Shown here: positions 26,217-40,486 of the stretch, one piece after another | Layout of the letters: every line of letters begins with the position of its first letter | Position numbering within the stretch: the stretch's first letter is position 1 | Source of the DNA: Octopus vulgaris | Lineage: Eukaryota | Length of the DNA: 64,000 nt | NCBI GenBank assembly: GCA_951406725.2 | Contig: OX597814.1 | Location: 105,462,001-105,526,000, forward strand | Direction: 5' to 3' | Position numbers and translations under genes: made by a program | Notes under the pieces: generated by a model | Seen by the model: only the letters and a program-made list of their open reading frames with translations | Database searches by the model: none | Told to the model about the DNA's origin: nothing

Positions 26217-26286
<70 letters not shown>

Positions 26287-26390
26287 TTTCTTCTTCTTCT
26301 TCTTCTTCTCTTCTTCTTCTTCTTCTTCTTCTTCTTCTTCTTCTTCTTCTTCTTCTTCTTCTTCTTCTCCTTCACCTTCTACTTCTTCTT
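25830..26390. repeat. (TTC)n pyrimidine tract
   Basis: Visible directly. Confidence 0.95.
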
Positions 26391-26604
26391 GCTGTTGTTA
26401 TTGTTTTATTATTACAGCTATCTATTGCTTTTGTTTTGTTATTGTTAAAGTTATCCTTACTATTGATGTTTTCGTTGTCGACGTTGATGTTGTTGATGCT
26501 GCTGCTGATGATGATGATGGTGATGATAGTGCTGTAATAGTAATACTATATGTTCTCTAACAAAAATTCGTTGCCATTGTTGAGAAATCAATATCAGAGC
26601 CCAA

Positions 26605-27282
26605 GAAGGTGGCAAACTAACAGAATCGTTCACTGTGCCGAACTAAACGCTTTGCGGTATTTCGTTCGTCTATACCGTCTGAGTTCGAATTCCGCCAGGA
26701 TCGACTTTCGTCGGGGTCGGTAAAATAAATACCATTTGAGTACTGGGATCGGTGTAATCGATTTGACCCCTCCCCCATCCTTTCGAAATAGCTGGCCTTG
26801 TGCCAAAATTTGAAACCTGTATCATAAAACCAAGAATCGATGCTTCTCCTCGATATAGACATACGTGTGTATGTGTGAGTGTGTGTGTGTGTGTGTGTGC
26901 TTGTGTGCACGTTTTTGTGTATGTGTATGTGTGTGAGTGTGTGTGAGCGTGTGCTTGTGTGCGCGTTTTTGTGTATGTGTATGTGTGTGTGTGTGTGCTT
27001 GTGTGTGTGCTTGTGTGCGCGTTTTTGCGTATGTGTGTGTGTGTGTGTGTGCTTGTGTGCGCGTTTTGTGTGTGCGTGTGTGTATGTGTGTGTGTTTGTG
27101 CACAGCATTGCTTAGCAGCATTTCGTCCATCTTCATATTCCGAGTTCAAATTCTGCTGATGTCGACTTTGCATTTCATCCTTTCGGGGTCGATAAATTAA
27201 GTACCAGGGAAACACTGGGGTTGACGTAATCGACTAGTCTCCTCCCCACAAATTTCAGGCGGTGTGCCTTCAGTAGAAACGA
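26605..27282 (+). mobile_element. Two family B SINE copies (26605-26820, 27108-27282) around a TG-rich minisatellite
   Basis: GAGTTCGAATTCC / GAGTTCAAATTC B-boxes and GGGGTCG(A/G)TAAA core; repeated GTGCTTGTGTGCGCGTTTTTG units between them. Confidence 0.75.
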
Positions 27283-27338
27283 TTATTATTATTATCATCA
27301 TCATCAGCAGCAGCAGCAGCAGCAGTAGCAGCAGCAGC

Positions 27339-27403
<65 letters not shown>

Positions 27404-29299
27404 CAGCAGCAGAGGTTGCTCTTAGTGCTTTATTATAGAGACACACCGTGTGAGTTTCAAAAGTTTTGGTGGAAATGAGATTCTGTGATGCTCATCGTGT
27501 TTTTCTCCAAGTCTTTAGAAATATTGCCATGACCGATATTTCATTGTAAACAGATCGCAGGCTTAAGCTCTCTCCAGGGGTTCGATTCGTGACCAGAGTG
27601 TTTGCATCAATTTGTAGTCTCCCAGTTAATGGCTGCGCGAACTGGAGACACGCGCCAATATAGGGATGTCCGACCATCAAAGAGAAGAACCGGCAATCAT
27701 AAATCAAAAGGAATACGTGAGCTGCACTCACCATGGGACCACACAGCGTCGAATATAAGAACGACTGAGTGAAAACTAATAACAGTTGTTGTTGTTGTTG
27801 ATTAGCCTCTGGTCAACCTGGATCGAGCTGACCACTGTTAAAACGCATTCAAGAAGTGATCATCCATCGCCTTTCACATCATCTAAAATGTCCTCCTCCT
27901 CTCTGAAGACAGTAGGGTGTGATTTGAGGGTAATTAATCTCCTATTTCTAAAAGGCTGGGTTAAGACGCTGAAGATAATTACATTGGTTTGGAATATTAG
28001 CTCAAAGTCAGAAATTTGTTTGCAAGGTAATAGTCTCCGTATATGACTGGTACTATATTTTTATCGATCCCAAGAATGGAAACATTTGTTGTAGGAGGTC
28101 GGGATTCTTAAACATAGACTTGTAAACTTTAGAGACAAGTAAGTATCAAAAGTTAATTTTTTGTCGACGCGCCGATAAGGTCAGTCCAGCACAGTTTTGA
28201 TAGAAATTGTGATAATTTATTTATATATATATATAGCATAAAAACAGAAAAGCATAAAATTTCACGTATAGTTTATACTTAATTTATGGTCAACAACTGT
28301 TTTCTTACGATAAACACTTCCAAATATATACTTAGGTAATTGCGATACATAATTAATTAAAATTATATAGATTCAACTTCAATTAATTTATTTTATATAT
28401 TACAATAATGTAATTATAGGTTTAGTGTGTTTATCTTAATGAAACAGCTGTTGATCATAATATAGGAACCATATGTAAAATTTATGCTTTCGTACTAGAT
28501 ATATTGCTCTTAAAGATCGTTTTAACTGATTCTGTATAGACATAGAAGTCAGTTCCACTTGGATTTACTGCAATATAATTACATATTAGTGTTTAAAGGC
28601 CTTTAATTATTTGCGGTCTTAATTACCGCTGATTTATTATCTGATATTTATTCATCAGTTCTCCACATGTTTAATTGTTTATATCGACAAAAGACGACAG
28701 GTTTATATAAGTAGAGGATGACAGGAAGTGAATCGAACCATTGATCGATATACTAGAAAAACCTGTAGAGGAAAAACTGATACTGACAGAATTTATTTAT
28801 GTGTTTTATATTTGTTAATTTTTCATTTCACAGTTGAAGAAGGGTGTTTTCGCTTAGACAGTTTCAACCGGACGAGGAGGACAATTACTGGTTTATCATC
28901 TTTCCACAAATAATAAACAAGGGAGTATTTGTAAATCGGTGTTGAACAAGTATTTCAAAGGTTTACATTCATAAACTACCCTTTTTTTTTGCTTCGGTCT
29001 CTCACCGATTTTTGCTTAATTCGTCGATATACTTCAGCAAATGATATACGCATTCTTCAAACATTCATGCATACATATATACGTGCTCAAAGATATATAT
29101 ATATATATATATATATTCACATACAGTCATTCATATATACATACATATACATACATGAACTAACATACGCACATGCATAATGTATATTAATACATATACA
29201 TACACGTACATGCATATGCACATATAGGTGATACATGCGTATACAACCACACAGGCATGCACCCATATACACATAAACACATACACATGCATACATATA

Positions 29300-29493
29300 T
29301 TCTTTTATTTGTTTCTGTCAATTGACTGCGGCCATGCTGGAGCACCGCCTTCAGTCGAGCAAATCGGCCCCAGGACTTATTCTTTGTACGCCTAGTACGT
29401 ATTCCGTCGGTTACTTTTGCCGAATCGTTATGTTACGGGGACGTAAATACACCATCATCGGTTGTCAAGCGATGGTGGTGAGAACAAACACAG

Positions 29494-29527
<34 letters not shown>

Positions 29528-29596
29528 ACAAACACGCATATACATATATATACATATATATACATATATATACACACATATATATATATATATACA
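29300..29596 (-). mobile_element. 3' half of a family A SINE split by the Helitron
   Basis: Tail plus (CA)n(TA)n; the other half lies at 35737-35910. Confidence 0.85.
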
Positions 29597-32500
29597 TCTC
29601 TCTATATATAAACGGCAGTTTGTCTGTGCGTGCTTCTGTGTGTCTGTTTTCTCGTACCCTCACCCTGACCACGGCTTTCAACCGATTCTGATGAAACTTG
29701 ACACACACATAGCCCAATGTCATAATTCAAAACTAACGCAGCGAAAATTTTGAAAAGTTCCCCCAGTTCTGAAAAAAATTGATAAATTCGACATGGGGTC
29801 GAGAATCATAAACATGAACCACAGACTGTCTAGGGGACGCAACTCGAGAATCTAAGCTTTTTTTATGCAACGCATTATCTATGGTAGTTTTCACAACTTG
29901 CAATCGATTTTCACCAAACTCATGGTGAAGCTTAATGTTACCCTAAGAAACTCAATTCTGACGTTAGTTTTCCATGCAATACCTTACCATCAGAAACAAT
30001 CGATAAAATCATGCCATTTTGGGAAATCGCGTTCAAATTCAAGATGACATATTTTCGACAATATCTTTCACAAATTGGCAGGAATCTTTTTTTTTTTCAC
30101 AACGAGCATCATGTCTGCTCCAAGGAGCTATATAGCCCTTTTTATTCCAATAGGATACATTATTGGAAAAAATCGGTTAATTTAATCATACGTGGCACAC
30201 ATAGCAAACAAATTTGTGTATTAAACACAAACCAGACTGTCTAGGGGACGCAACTTGACCTTTTTAGCTATCGATAATTCGATCCAACCAATTCCTACCA
30301 GGAAGAAATTACATTCGAGACTTTACCCCCAACACCGCCACTTCTGCTAATAGCTGCTGCAGCCACAAGTTATTCGAATACTTTTTTGGTTTAAACTTTC
30401 TTTATAACTACCACCCCAAACGTTTTACCTTCAATTTTTGACGTACCCTAACGGTCCTCGGACGCTACTTGCAAACTCTTGGTTTATTATAAACCACTTT
30501 TGTCGTGTGCATCAAAAAACTTTTCCTTTCGTTTGTTCAGTTTGATCACTTTTGACTTTTTCGTTGTTGTCACTCACATTGCTGCCAGCTTTTTGGCCGT
30601 TTTTGTACTTTTTATACATTTTCGGATACTTACCCCACGAGCTCCTTTTTATTACACCTTTACCAAACACATTACTATCCACCAAAATACTTACCCCACG
30701 TGTTCCTTTTTATTACACCTTTGCCAAACACATTGCTATCCACCAAAATGCCACCCAAGAAGAGAAGGACCCTCCTCAGCCCTCGGACGGCCAAGGCATC
30801 GGCTGCTAGGGCTAGAAGGGCACGCGAGACCCACGAGGAAACCGCCTTGCGCCTCTCGCAAACAGCTTCCCGTTATGCCGCTGCTCAGGCATCTGAAACT
30901 ACTAGCGACCGTTCTACCCGACTTGCAAGGGTCGCAGCGTACAGATCTTCCCTCCGCTCGAGGTTGACGAAAGAGCAAAAGTCCAGCCAAAACATGCGGG
31001 CTTCTTACTCTGCTTCCATCCGCAGAACGCGCGAGAACCCCGAACAAAGGGCCATTCGGAATGCGGCTAACGCCACTAGCACCGCCAGGACACGATCTGT
31101 CGAAACCTCACAGCAGAGGAGAACTCGCCAAGATGCTGACGCCGCAAACAAAGCCATGGCCAAAGCTGCCGAAACACCTCAACAGAGGAGAGCTCGCCAA
31201 GCTGCTAACGCCGCAAACACAGCCAGGGCTCGATCTGCCGAAACTCCACACCAACGGACTATTCGGACATCCAGACATGCCATTAACACTGCTTCTGCTA
31301 GGGCTTCAGAGGGTGCTGAGGCGAGAGCTGAAAGGCTTTCAAGGGATGCCACTGCTACCGCTGTCGCACGTGCATCTGAATCTGCTGAGGCACGGTGCAC
31401 TCGACTTGAGAGTATCAACAAACGTCGGGATATCATTCGTGGTGTACGTACCCCTGCCCCCGCTTTCTGGTTGTCACTAGCATTCAACTACGACGCCACA
31501 ATTAACTTCTCCTTGCGTGACGACATCAAGATAGGGTCAATGACAATTGTATGCCTGTTTTGCAAAGCCAAGAAATGGCCCGGAGAGCCACCTGGTTTGT
31601 GCTGCTCTGGTGGCAAAGTGGACCTGCCACCCCTACGGGAACCACCTCAACCACTGAAGGATCTCGCGGCGGGTTTAACCCCCGATTCGTCACAATTCCT
31701 TGAAATAATTCGAAAGTACAACTGCTCATTCCAAATGACCTCTTTCGGGGCCAAAATTCCTCCCAGAGAAGGCTGGATGCCTACTTTCAAAGTGCAGGGA
31801 CAGGTCTACCATCTTATTGGGTCACTTCTGCCAGACGAGATTCAGCAGTCTTCTTTCCTCCAAATATACTTCATTGCCGGCTACAACCACCAGGTTGATG
31901 CACGCCTTGGATTAATACCGGGTACAAGCTATGTTCCCCGCAAAGACGTTCTTCTCCGTCTCCAAACCATGCTTCATGATATCAACAGCTACGTCTGCAG
32001 CTTTAGATATGCCTTGGACAGTGCTCCATCTCCAAACTTCACCGTTGTCATTGATGCTGATAAACGACCCCACGGGGAGCACGAACGCCGTTTCAACGCA
32101 CCTGCGTGCAACGAAATTGCCGCAGTCATACACGGAGAGCAACACAACAGCCGTGACATAATCATCTCCTCCCGTGGTAACGACCTACACAGGATCAGCG
32201 AGACTCACAGATCTTATGACGCGCTTCAGTATCCATTGCTTTTCCCTTATGGGGAAGACGGCTACCACTTCGGAATTCCTTTACGGCAGCCCTCCAATCA
32301 AACTACTGCGGCATCAAAGACGGTTTCCTGCAGGGCGTTCTACTCATACCGGTTCATGGTCAGGGAGGGTGAGTTCAACTTATTGCCCCGTTGTCGTCAG
32401 CTATTCAACCAGTTCGCCGTCGACATGGCCGCAAAAATGGAATCGGAAAGGCTGCTATACATTAAACTTAATCAGACCAAACTTCGCTCCGACTCCTACA

Positions 32501-35500
32501 TTCATCTCCGTGACGGTTTGCAACAAGAAAATGACCCTCGCAACATCGGCAAGCCATGCATTCTACCCTCCACCTTCACGGGAGGACCGCGATATATGCG
32601 TGAAAGGACCCAAGACGCCTTGACCTACGTGCGCATTTACGGCCGGCCGGACCTCTTTATCACCTACACGTGCAATCCCAGCTGCGACGAAATCACTCGC
32701 GAACTCCTCCCGGGTCAATCTCACACCCATCGACACGATATCGTTGCTAGGGTTTTCCGTCTGAATTTGGGCAAAATGAAGGATTTGATAGTTAAGGGTC
32801 AGATTTTCGGGCATGTCAGGTGCCACATGTTTTCGGTCGAGTGGCAAAAGAGGGGCTTGCCACATGCTCACATCTTAATTTAGCTCACTCATAAAATCGA
32901 GACTAATGACATTGACAAATTCATTTCCGCCGAGATTCCTGACCCGATGAGGACCCCGGACTCTACGAAATTGTCCGCACTACCATGGTACACGGGCCCT
33001 GTGGACCAAATTACGCCAACACACCATGCTACAAAAACGGATTAGCCTGCTCAAAGGGATTCCCTAAACGGTTCACTTTGGAGACTCAAACAGGCGGCGA
33101 TGGGTATCCGCTGTACAAACGAAGGAGTCCAGCCAATGGAGGCCGCACGATTACGGTTGGGCGACATCAAGTGGACAACAGCTACATTGTCCCCTACTGT
33201 CCTCTCCTGTCGAAGATATTCAAAGCCCACGTCAACGTTGAGTTCTGCAGCTCCATCAGGTCAATACAATATGTCTGCAAATATATCAACAAAGGCAGCG
33301 ATGCTGCCATGTTCAGCATCCAGAGGACCACCAGTCGCGACGAAGTGTCCAACTACTTGGCTGGCCGGTACCTCAGCAGCAACGAAGCGTTTTGGCGCAT
33401 TTACGGCTTCCCGCTCCATCAGAGACACCCGGCTGTGGTGCAGCTTGCTGTACACTTGGAAAATGGACAGCGGATTTACTTTGGTGGATAGCTGTGCACA
33501 TAGCCACCAGCCCTAAAGACACAACGTTGACTGGTTTCTTCAAATTATGCCAACGTGATGACTTCGCTCGAACGCTTTTGTACCCACAGGTCCCATCGTA
33601 CTTCGTGTGGTCTAAAAACACCTGGGTCCGACGGAAATCCGGCAAAAACGTCGAAAGCTTCCCAGGCGTCAAGTTTGACTCCTGCCTGGGTCGAGTTTAC
33701 AACATCCCGCCAAACCAGCAAGAATGCTTCTACCTCCGTCTCCTTCTACATGAGGTCACTGGTCCAACAGGTTTCGCCAATATACGTACCGTCAATGGGG
33801 TTCTGTGCGACACCTTCAGGGAAGCATGTATGAGACTTGGCCTTCTAGAGGATGACTCCCAGTGGGACGCCACGATGGCAGAGGGTGCTTTACTGCAAAC
33901 GCATTCGGCCCTACGACATCTTTTCGCAATCCTTCTTCAAAAATGTCAGCTTAGTGATCCACTAAGTCTCTGGATGAAATACAGGGATGACATGTCGCAC
34001 GACTTCTTACGTACGGCTCAGCAACACTGCCCTTCCGCCGAGATCACGTTCACCAACTTCATTTACAATTTTGCGCTCATTCAACTCGAAGACGCTGTCA
34101 TCGATATGGGTGGGTCTGCTTTAACAGAGTACGGCCTTCCACCACCCACACGTGAACACGCCAATGTTATGTCTGCTGAATTGTTACGCGAAACTTCCTA
34201 CTGCATTGAGGAACTGCACCAGTACGTCCAAGATAATGAACCACGGCTGATTCCAGACCAGCGCATAGCCTACAACACCATCGTAGACTCTGTCAGACAG
34301 CAACGTGGGGGGATTTTCTTCCTTGATGCACCCGGCGGCACTGGCAAAACCTTCGTCACTAAACTAATTCTGGCAGAGGTCAGACGCAACACGGACATTG
34401 CCCTGGCTGTAGCTTCCTCTGGTATCGCGGCCACGTTGCTTCCGGGTGGCAGAACCGCCCACTCTGCCTTCAGACTCCCGCTCGATCTGGCAAAGTCCGA
34501 GTCACCTATCTGCAACATCGCCAAGAACTCAGAACAGGCCGACATTCTGCGCAGATGCAAACTCATCGTATGGGACGAGTGCACTATGGCACACAAAGGC
34601 GCCCTTGAGGCACTGGACAGGTCCCTGCAAGACATCAGAGACTCTACGGCCCCCATGGGAGGATTAACTTTACTTCTTTCAGGAGACTTCAGGCAGACTC
34701 TACCTGTTATTCCAAAAGGAACCCGTGCCGATGCCGTGCGCGCGTGCCTTAAGTCGTCAGCTCTTTGGGCACATGTGCGGCCCTTGCACCTCCAAACTAA
34801 CATGCGCGCGCAGTTAATTGGTGACAGCGGATCCGCTGCATTCTCCAGGGACCTCTTATCGCTCGGTGAAAATAGGATGCTGTCTGATGCGGATGGCTAC
34901 GTTCAATTGGACTCACTTTGCACCATTGTCGATACCCCTGCTAGCCTCCGGGACGCTGTCTTCCACGACCTACAAAACAATTTACGCGACCTAAAATGGC
35001 TGGCAGGCAGAGCTATTCTCGCACCCAAAAATACAACCGTCAACTCCATCAATATCCAGCTACTTGAAGCTATTCCTGGTGATGTCCACGTCTACAAATC
35101 TATAGATAGGACAGCAGACCCCGCCCAGCTTGCCGATTATCCTGTTGAATTCCTGAATTCACTTGAACCGCCAGGCCTGCCACCACACATCCTGAAGTTA
35201 AAAGTCGGTGCGCCCATTATGCTCATCAGGAATTTGGTTCCACCTAAACAGTGCAACGGCACACGTTTGGTTGTGAAACATTTGGCACCACATTTAATAA
35301 CGGCCACAATACTTACCGGTTGTGGGAAGGGAGAGGACGTCTTCATTCCACGGATGCACCTTCAACCGTCGGGCGCTGACCTACCAATCCACTTCAGGCG
35401 TTCTCAGTTTCCTGTTAAACTCTGCTTCGCAATGTCCATCAATAAATCCCAAGGCCAAACGCTACAAGTCGCTGGGTTACATTTGGGCGAACAGTGCTTC

Positions 35501-35736
35501 GCCCACGGTCAACTCTACGTGGGCTGTTCACGCGTTGGGAGGCGCAATGATGTTTTCATGTTTTCGCCCAAACGGACAGCTAGGAACATCGTATATACAG
35601 AAGTATTCCAGTGAAGACAAGACATTGCAACGTCCACATGCACCTTCGTTCCCTGGAGGGAAAGGACTACATTGGGATTAGTCGTTGCCTACTAGGGGCT
35701 CTTACATACCCGGGCAACGCCGGGCTATGCTGCTAG
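29597..35736 (+). mobile_element. Full-length Helitron
   Basis: 5' TC (TCTCTCTATATATAAAC), subterminal hairpin CCCGG-GCAACG-CCGGG (35709-35724), 3' CTAG, inserted between A(29596) and T(35737) with no TSD; contains a RepHel ORF. Confidence 0.95.
30748..35614 (+). pseudogene. Helitron Rep/PIF1 helicase with one premature stop and two frameshifts
   Basis: MPPKKRR start; Rep motifs PDLFITYTCNP, VEWQKRGLPHAHIL (HUH), YVCKYINK; PIF1 motifs APGGTGKT, IVWDE, GDFRQTLPV, QFPVKLCFAMSINKSQGQT, HGQLYVGCSRV. TAG at 32881 (probably from TGG); shifts near 32946 and 33485. Confidence 0.95.
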
Positions 35737-35910
35737 TATATATATATACGAGGGGCTTCTTTCAGTTTCCGCTTACCAAATCCACTTACAAGGCTTTAGT
35801 CGAGGCTATAGTAGAAGACACTTGGCCAAGGTGCCATGCAGAGGGACTGAACCCCCGGAACCATGTGGTTGGTAAGCAAGCTTCTTACCACACAGCCATT
35901 CCTGCGCCTA
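35737..35910 (-). mobile_element. 5' half (head plus CORE) of the split family A SINE
   Basis: CTTCTTTCAGTTTCC...GGACTGAACCC...CCACACAGCCATTCCTGCGCCT. Confidence 0.85.
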
Positions 35911-35997
35911 AAATGTATGCTGTTCTATATTTTAGAGATGAAGAATTCTGTACATTATTTACATTGGACGGATTTGTGTCTTCGTCCTTGTTATTAT

Positions 35998-36037
35998 CAC
36001 GTTTCGGCTGACTTACTCTCCAGCCTTCATCAGGTAT
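35998..36037 (-). ncRNA. Hammerhead relic with canonical core
   Basis: CTGATGA A GGCTG-(10 nt)-CAGCC GAAA CGT; cleavage triplet and stem I decayed. Confidence 0.55.
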
Positions 36038-36159
36038 CCTGGGAGAATTTTGAACTCAACCCCGGATTCTCACCCCTTAGGTACTTTTTGCTGATGTTAT
36101 TATCATTATTATTATTATCATTAATATTATTATTATTATTATTATCATTATTATTATTA

Positions 36160-36206
<47 letters not shown>

Positions 36207-37533
36207 GCCCGTGGGCATACGAATACATACATACATACACATGCATGCATACATAATGGTAACCAGAAATCTTTAAAACGTATATCTCTTTAAAATACGT
36301 CCCACTTAATGTAGCCGTCAACCCACTACCTGCTCCCCTAAACCAACCAACCTAATGAATTCCTTGTTTCTTTTCACGACAAACATTTTAAATGACAATA
36401 ACACATATTTGACGAAGAATTTGTTCTGTTCCAATAGTCTCCTTCCGCAGCACACAACCATTCAACCAGCCATAGAGAACTAAACCTATTCATTGTTTAC
36501 CATTTCGCTAATCGCATTCACTGTCGAACATCATCAGTTCATAGACATGTTTACATAGCTTGGCATTGTTCTTTGAAGAATTCGTCTCATCGATAAAGAG
36601 CAGAATTACCAAAATCAGCATTATCTTCGTTAGACTTTGCTATAATGTCTGTGGATGAAGGACCACAGCTTCTAAACTAAGTTGAGAACCTCCCGAGTCA
36701 TTGGTCCAGCTGATTGCCAGTGAAAAGTAGAGGGACACATCGAAAACTCGATAGATTGTTACCTGAACTGTTTGAGTAACTTGCTGGACATTTGTTGGTA
36801 AGAAAATGTCTCAGACATGGAAGTTCTCAATCGCACCATCATTGCCTAATAACTATTTTTCTCAGTCTGATCACATTACCAGAATGGATGAAGAATATAT
36901 TTCAAAACGTCATTTCTAAAATGAAATGGCAGCGAAAATACATGATCGGCGGGCAGCACAAAGAATGCAAGAACATTTTCAAGAGACTTCTAAAAGACTT
37001 TTTACATCAAGCCAGATATATAGGAGAATCATATGATTGAAAGATTGAAGCAGTGCTGTTTCATGAAGGGAAATACCATAGCGTCTAAGACAGAAGCAGA
37101 GGAACTGATCAGAAGAGAGAATTAAGATAGTCAGAGGTGCCAGCACTTTGGTAAAATAAGGATTTGTGAGCTTTTGCTGGATATACTTGAGTGACGTCTT
37201 AGATATTTTGTCATATGATTGGATGAGCGAGATGTGTATGTGAGTATCTGAGTGTAAAAGAAAGAGGGGTTTTATATATACAGGGTTAATGACATTTTAT
37301 CATGTATGTATAATATATATATATATAATGAGTTACTAATATTTTCTTGATTCCCTCCATCTTCTTCTCCTCTATACTCTTTTACTTTAAATCTATCGCG
37401 AAAAATGTTCTACATAAGAACTGTACTTTTTATAACCATAACTATAGATGGCCATTTATAATATTCGTTTGATATCGTCAGATTCAAGACACACTGCGTT
37501 TGAAACGACATACATGCATACATACATGCATGC

Positions 37534-37564
<31 letters not shown>

Positions 37565-37890
37565 CATGCATGCATGCATGCATGCATGCATACATACATA
37601 CATGCATGCATACATACCTGAATACACACATACATACATGCATACATACATACATACATACATACATACATACATACATACATACATACATACATACACG
37701 GTCGCAAACTGCGTTATAAAACTGGAATTTTTGTAGAAGTTTTCTCCTGGTATGTTCACCATTACACATTATTTTTCAGAAAATCGGGAACATATCAACC
37801 ACACCCCCTAAAAATTAATAATAAAAACAAAATGACGCCGAAAACTTCCGCCTGTTTTTCATATAAGAAAGAAAAAATTATGTATGTGTA

Positions 37891-37938
<48 letters not shown>

Positions 37939-38266
37939 AATATATATATATATATGTATATCCTATTTTTCTTATATCAAGGAATTTTCTAACACATTCT
38001 AGATGACATATTATTTTATCGTTGCCATATTTTTATTCTGCTTTTGTAGCAGACTTCTTTCAGGAAATCAAATCTCTAACGAACAGATAATCTTTCCTTC
38101 ATATCTCAAATACAGAAATCCGCACCATTTTTTCTTCTTTTCTTCTTTTGGTGTTTATTTCGTATAAAATGCAGTACTCTCACTGAGTTATTTAGAATAA
38201 AGGAAATTCCCTTTCATACACACACACACACACACTAACATGTATATATATATATATATATATATA

Positions 38267-38788
38267 TTAAGGTATGTAGAAAAATACAACATGGACAAGA
38301 ACGTATAACTCTTAGAAGACGACACAATAAACACGGACAGGACATTCGAAACCCTCAGTCTTCAGTCAAGAACCGGATCATCGTAGTAATTTCGGCTGAT
38401 TAATCTTGAGATTACTAGATCACGGCCAGCCCTCCAAGAAAAACCAAGCAACGAGCATTAGAAAAACTAAGCTGGAAGCGTAGATTTCCTGGAAGAAGGA
38501 TCGAATGCATACGAACACCAGGACAGCAAAAGGGACAGATATAAAAAAAAACAAAAAACAATAATGGAATACAGAAACATGAAATACAGAAGCATTAACG
38601 GTGAAAACAACAGTGTCTTACGACTGATAACAAGCAAACAAATTTTTTCTCTGGCGCAATGGAAAAAGCCTTTATAGTGGCGGACGAAAACAGCGATGTT
38701 AACAAGACGAGGGTCAGGAACTGAAAGGCAGATTTCGGCCAACAGTCACGTGACAGAGAAGAGGGAAAAGAAAAGAAAGAGAAGCAAA

Positions 38789-38822
<34 letters not shown>

Positions 38823-40033
38823 GGACAAACGCAACAAAGAGAGAGAAGAGAGAGAAAGAAGGAATCAGAGAGAAGGGATGGGTGTCGAAGAATGACCTGT
38901 GAGTGCAGAGCGAGACAAAGAAATAGGAGGGTAGTGGAAGACTAGACCAAAGAATCAGAGGAAAGAGAAGAGAAAAAGAGGATGAGTAGAGAGAAAGAGA
39001 GAGAGGGGGACAGATCAAGTAAAAATGAGAGAGAGAGAGAGACAAACAGAGAGTCGTACCAATTATTAAGAATATGTGCTCACATAAATGTTAAGGGGGG
39101 TACGGGGCGCCTGGAATATATGTTAAGGTATGTAGAAAAATACAACATGGACAAGAACGTATAACTCTTAGAAGACGACACAATAAACACGGACAGGACA
39201 TTCGAAACCCTCAGTCTTCAGTCAAGAACCGGATCATCGTAGTAATTTCGGCTGATTAATCTTGAGATTACTAGATCACGGCCAGCCCTCCAAGAAAAAC
39301 CAAGCAACGAGCATTAGAAAAACTAAGCTGGAAGCGTAGATTTCCTGGAAGAAGGATCGAATGCATACGAACACCAGGACAGCAAAAGGGACAGATATAA
39401 AAAAAAAAAAAACAATAATGGAATACAGAAACATGAAATACAGAAGCATTAACGGTGAAAACAACAGTGTCTTACGACTGATAACAAGCAAACAAATTTT
39501 TTCTCTGGCGCAATGGAAAAAGCCTTTATAGTGGCGGACGAAAACAGCGATGTTAACAAGACGAGGGTCAGGAACTGAAAGGCAGATTTCGGCCAACAGT
39601 CACGTGACAGAGAAGAGGGAAAAGAAAAGAAAGAGAAGCAAAGGAAGAGAGAGAGAGAGGAGAGAGAGAGAGGAGGGACAAACGCAACAAAGAGAGAGAA
39701 GAGAGAGAAAGAAGGAATCAGAGAGAAGGGATGGGTGTCGAAGAATGACCTGTGAGTGCAGAGCGAGACAAAGAAATAGGAGGGTAGTGGAAGACTAGAC
39801 CAAAGAATCAGAGGAAAGAGAAGAGAAAAAGAGGATGAGTAGAGAGAAAAGAGAGAGAGGGGGACAGATCAAGTAAAAATGAGAGAGAGAGAGAGACAAA
39901 CAGAGAGTCGTACCAATTATTAAGAATATGTGCTCACATAAATGTTAAGGGGGGTACGGGGCGCCTGGAATATATGTTAAGGTATGTAGAAAAATACAAC
40001 ATGGACAAGAACGTATAACTCTTAGAAGACGAC

Positions 40034-40038
<5 letters not shown>
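38267..40038 (-). repeat. Tandem array of ~855 bp non-coding units (2 full plus ~62 bp partial) between (TA)n tracts
   Basis: TTAAGGTATGTAGAAAAATAC recurs at 38267, 39123 and 39977; copies differ mainly in simple-sequence runs. Confidence 0.92.
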
Positions 40039-40074
<36 letters not shown>

Positions 40075-40311
40075 CTGAATGTATGTCTGTATATCAGCCC
40101 ACCATCTCGTTTTCATTGGTATATTCTACTCCCTCCGCATTTTTATTTTTATTTTTCTCTCACACTCTCCCTACCCCGTCACTCCCTTTCTTTGTGTCTT
40201 TGCCTATTGTCTCTCCCCTACACCACCACATCTGTCATTTATACATACATAGATATACATACATACATATCTATATTATATTATATATACTTATAGTCAC
40301 TAAATACACAC

Positions 40312-40421
<110 letters not shown>

Positions 40422-40455
40422 ATATTACAAATAATATATGTATATCATATACTAC

Positions 40456-40486
<31 letters not shown>

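Noticed and set aside
28830-28870. HHR-like TTGAAGAAGGGTG-TTTT-CGCTT
   Set aside because: GAAA box missing; too degenerate to call. Similar weak hits at ~18362-18400 and ~13410-13440 were also not called.
33392-35614. Host PIF1 helicase gene
   Set aside because: Continuous with the HUH Rep domain across frameshifts and enclosed by Helitron termini.
36792-37040. 82 aa ORF in non-repetitive sequence
   Set aside because: No recognisable motif or splice context; possibly a decayed TE, but unsupported.
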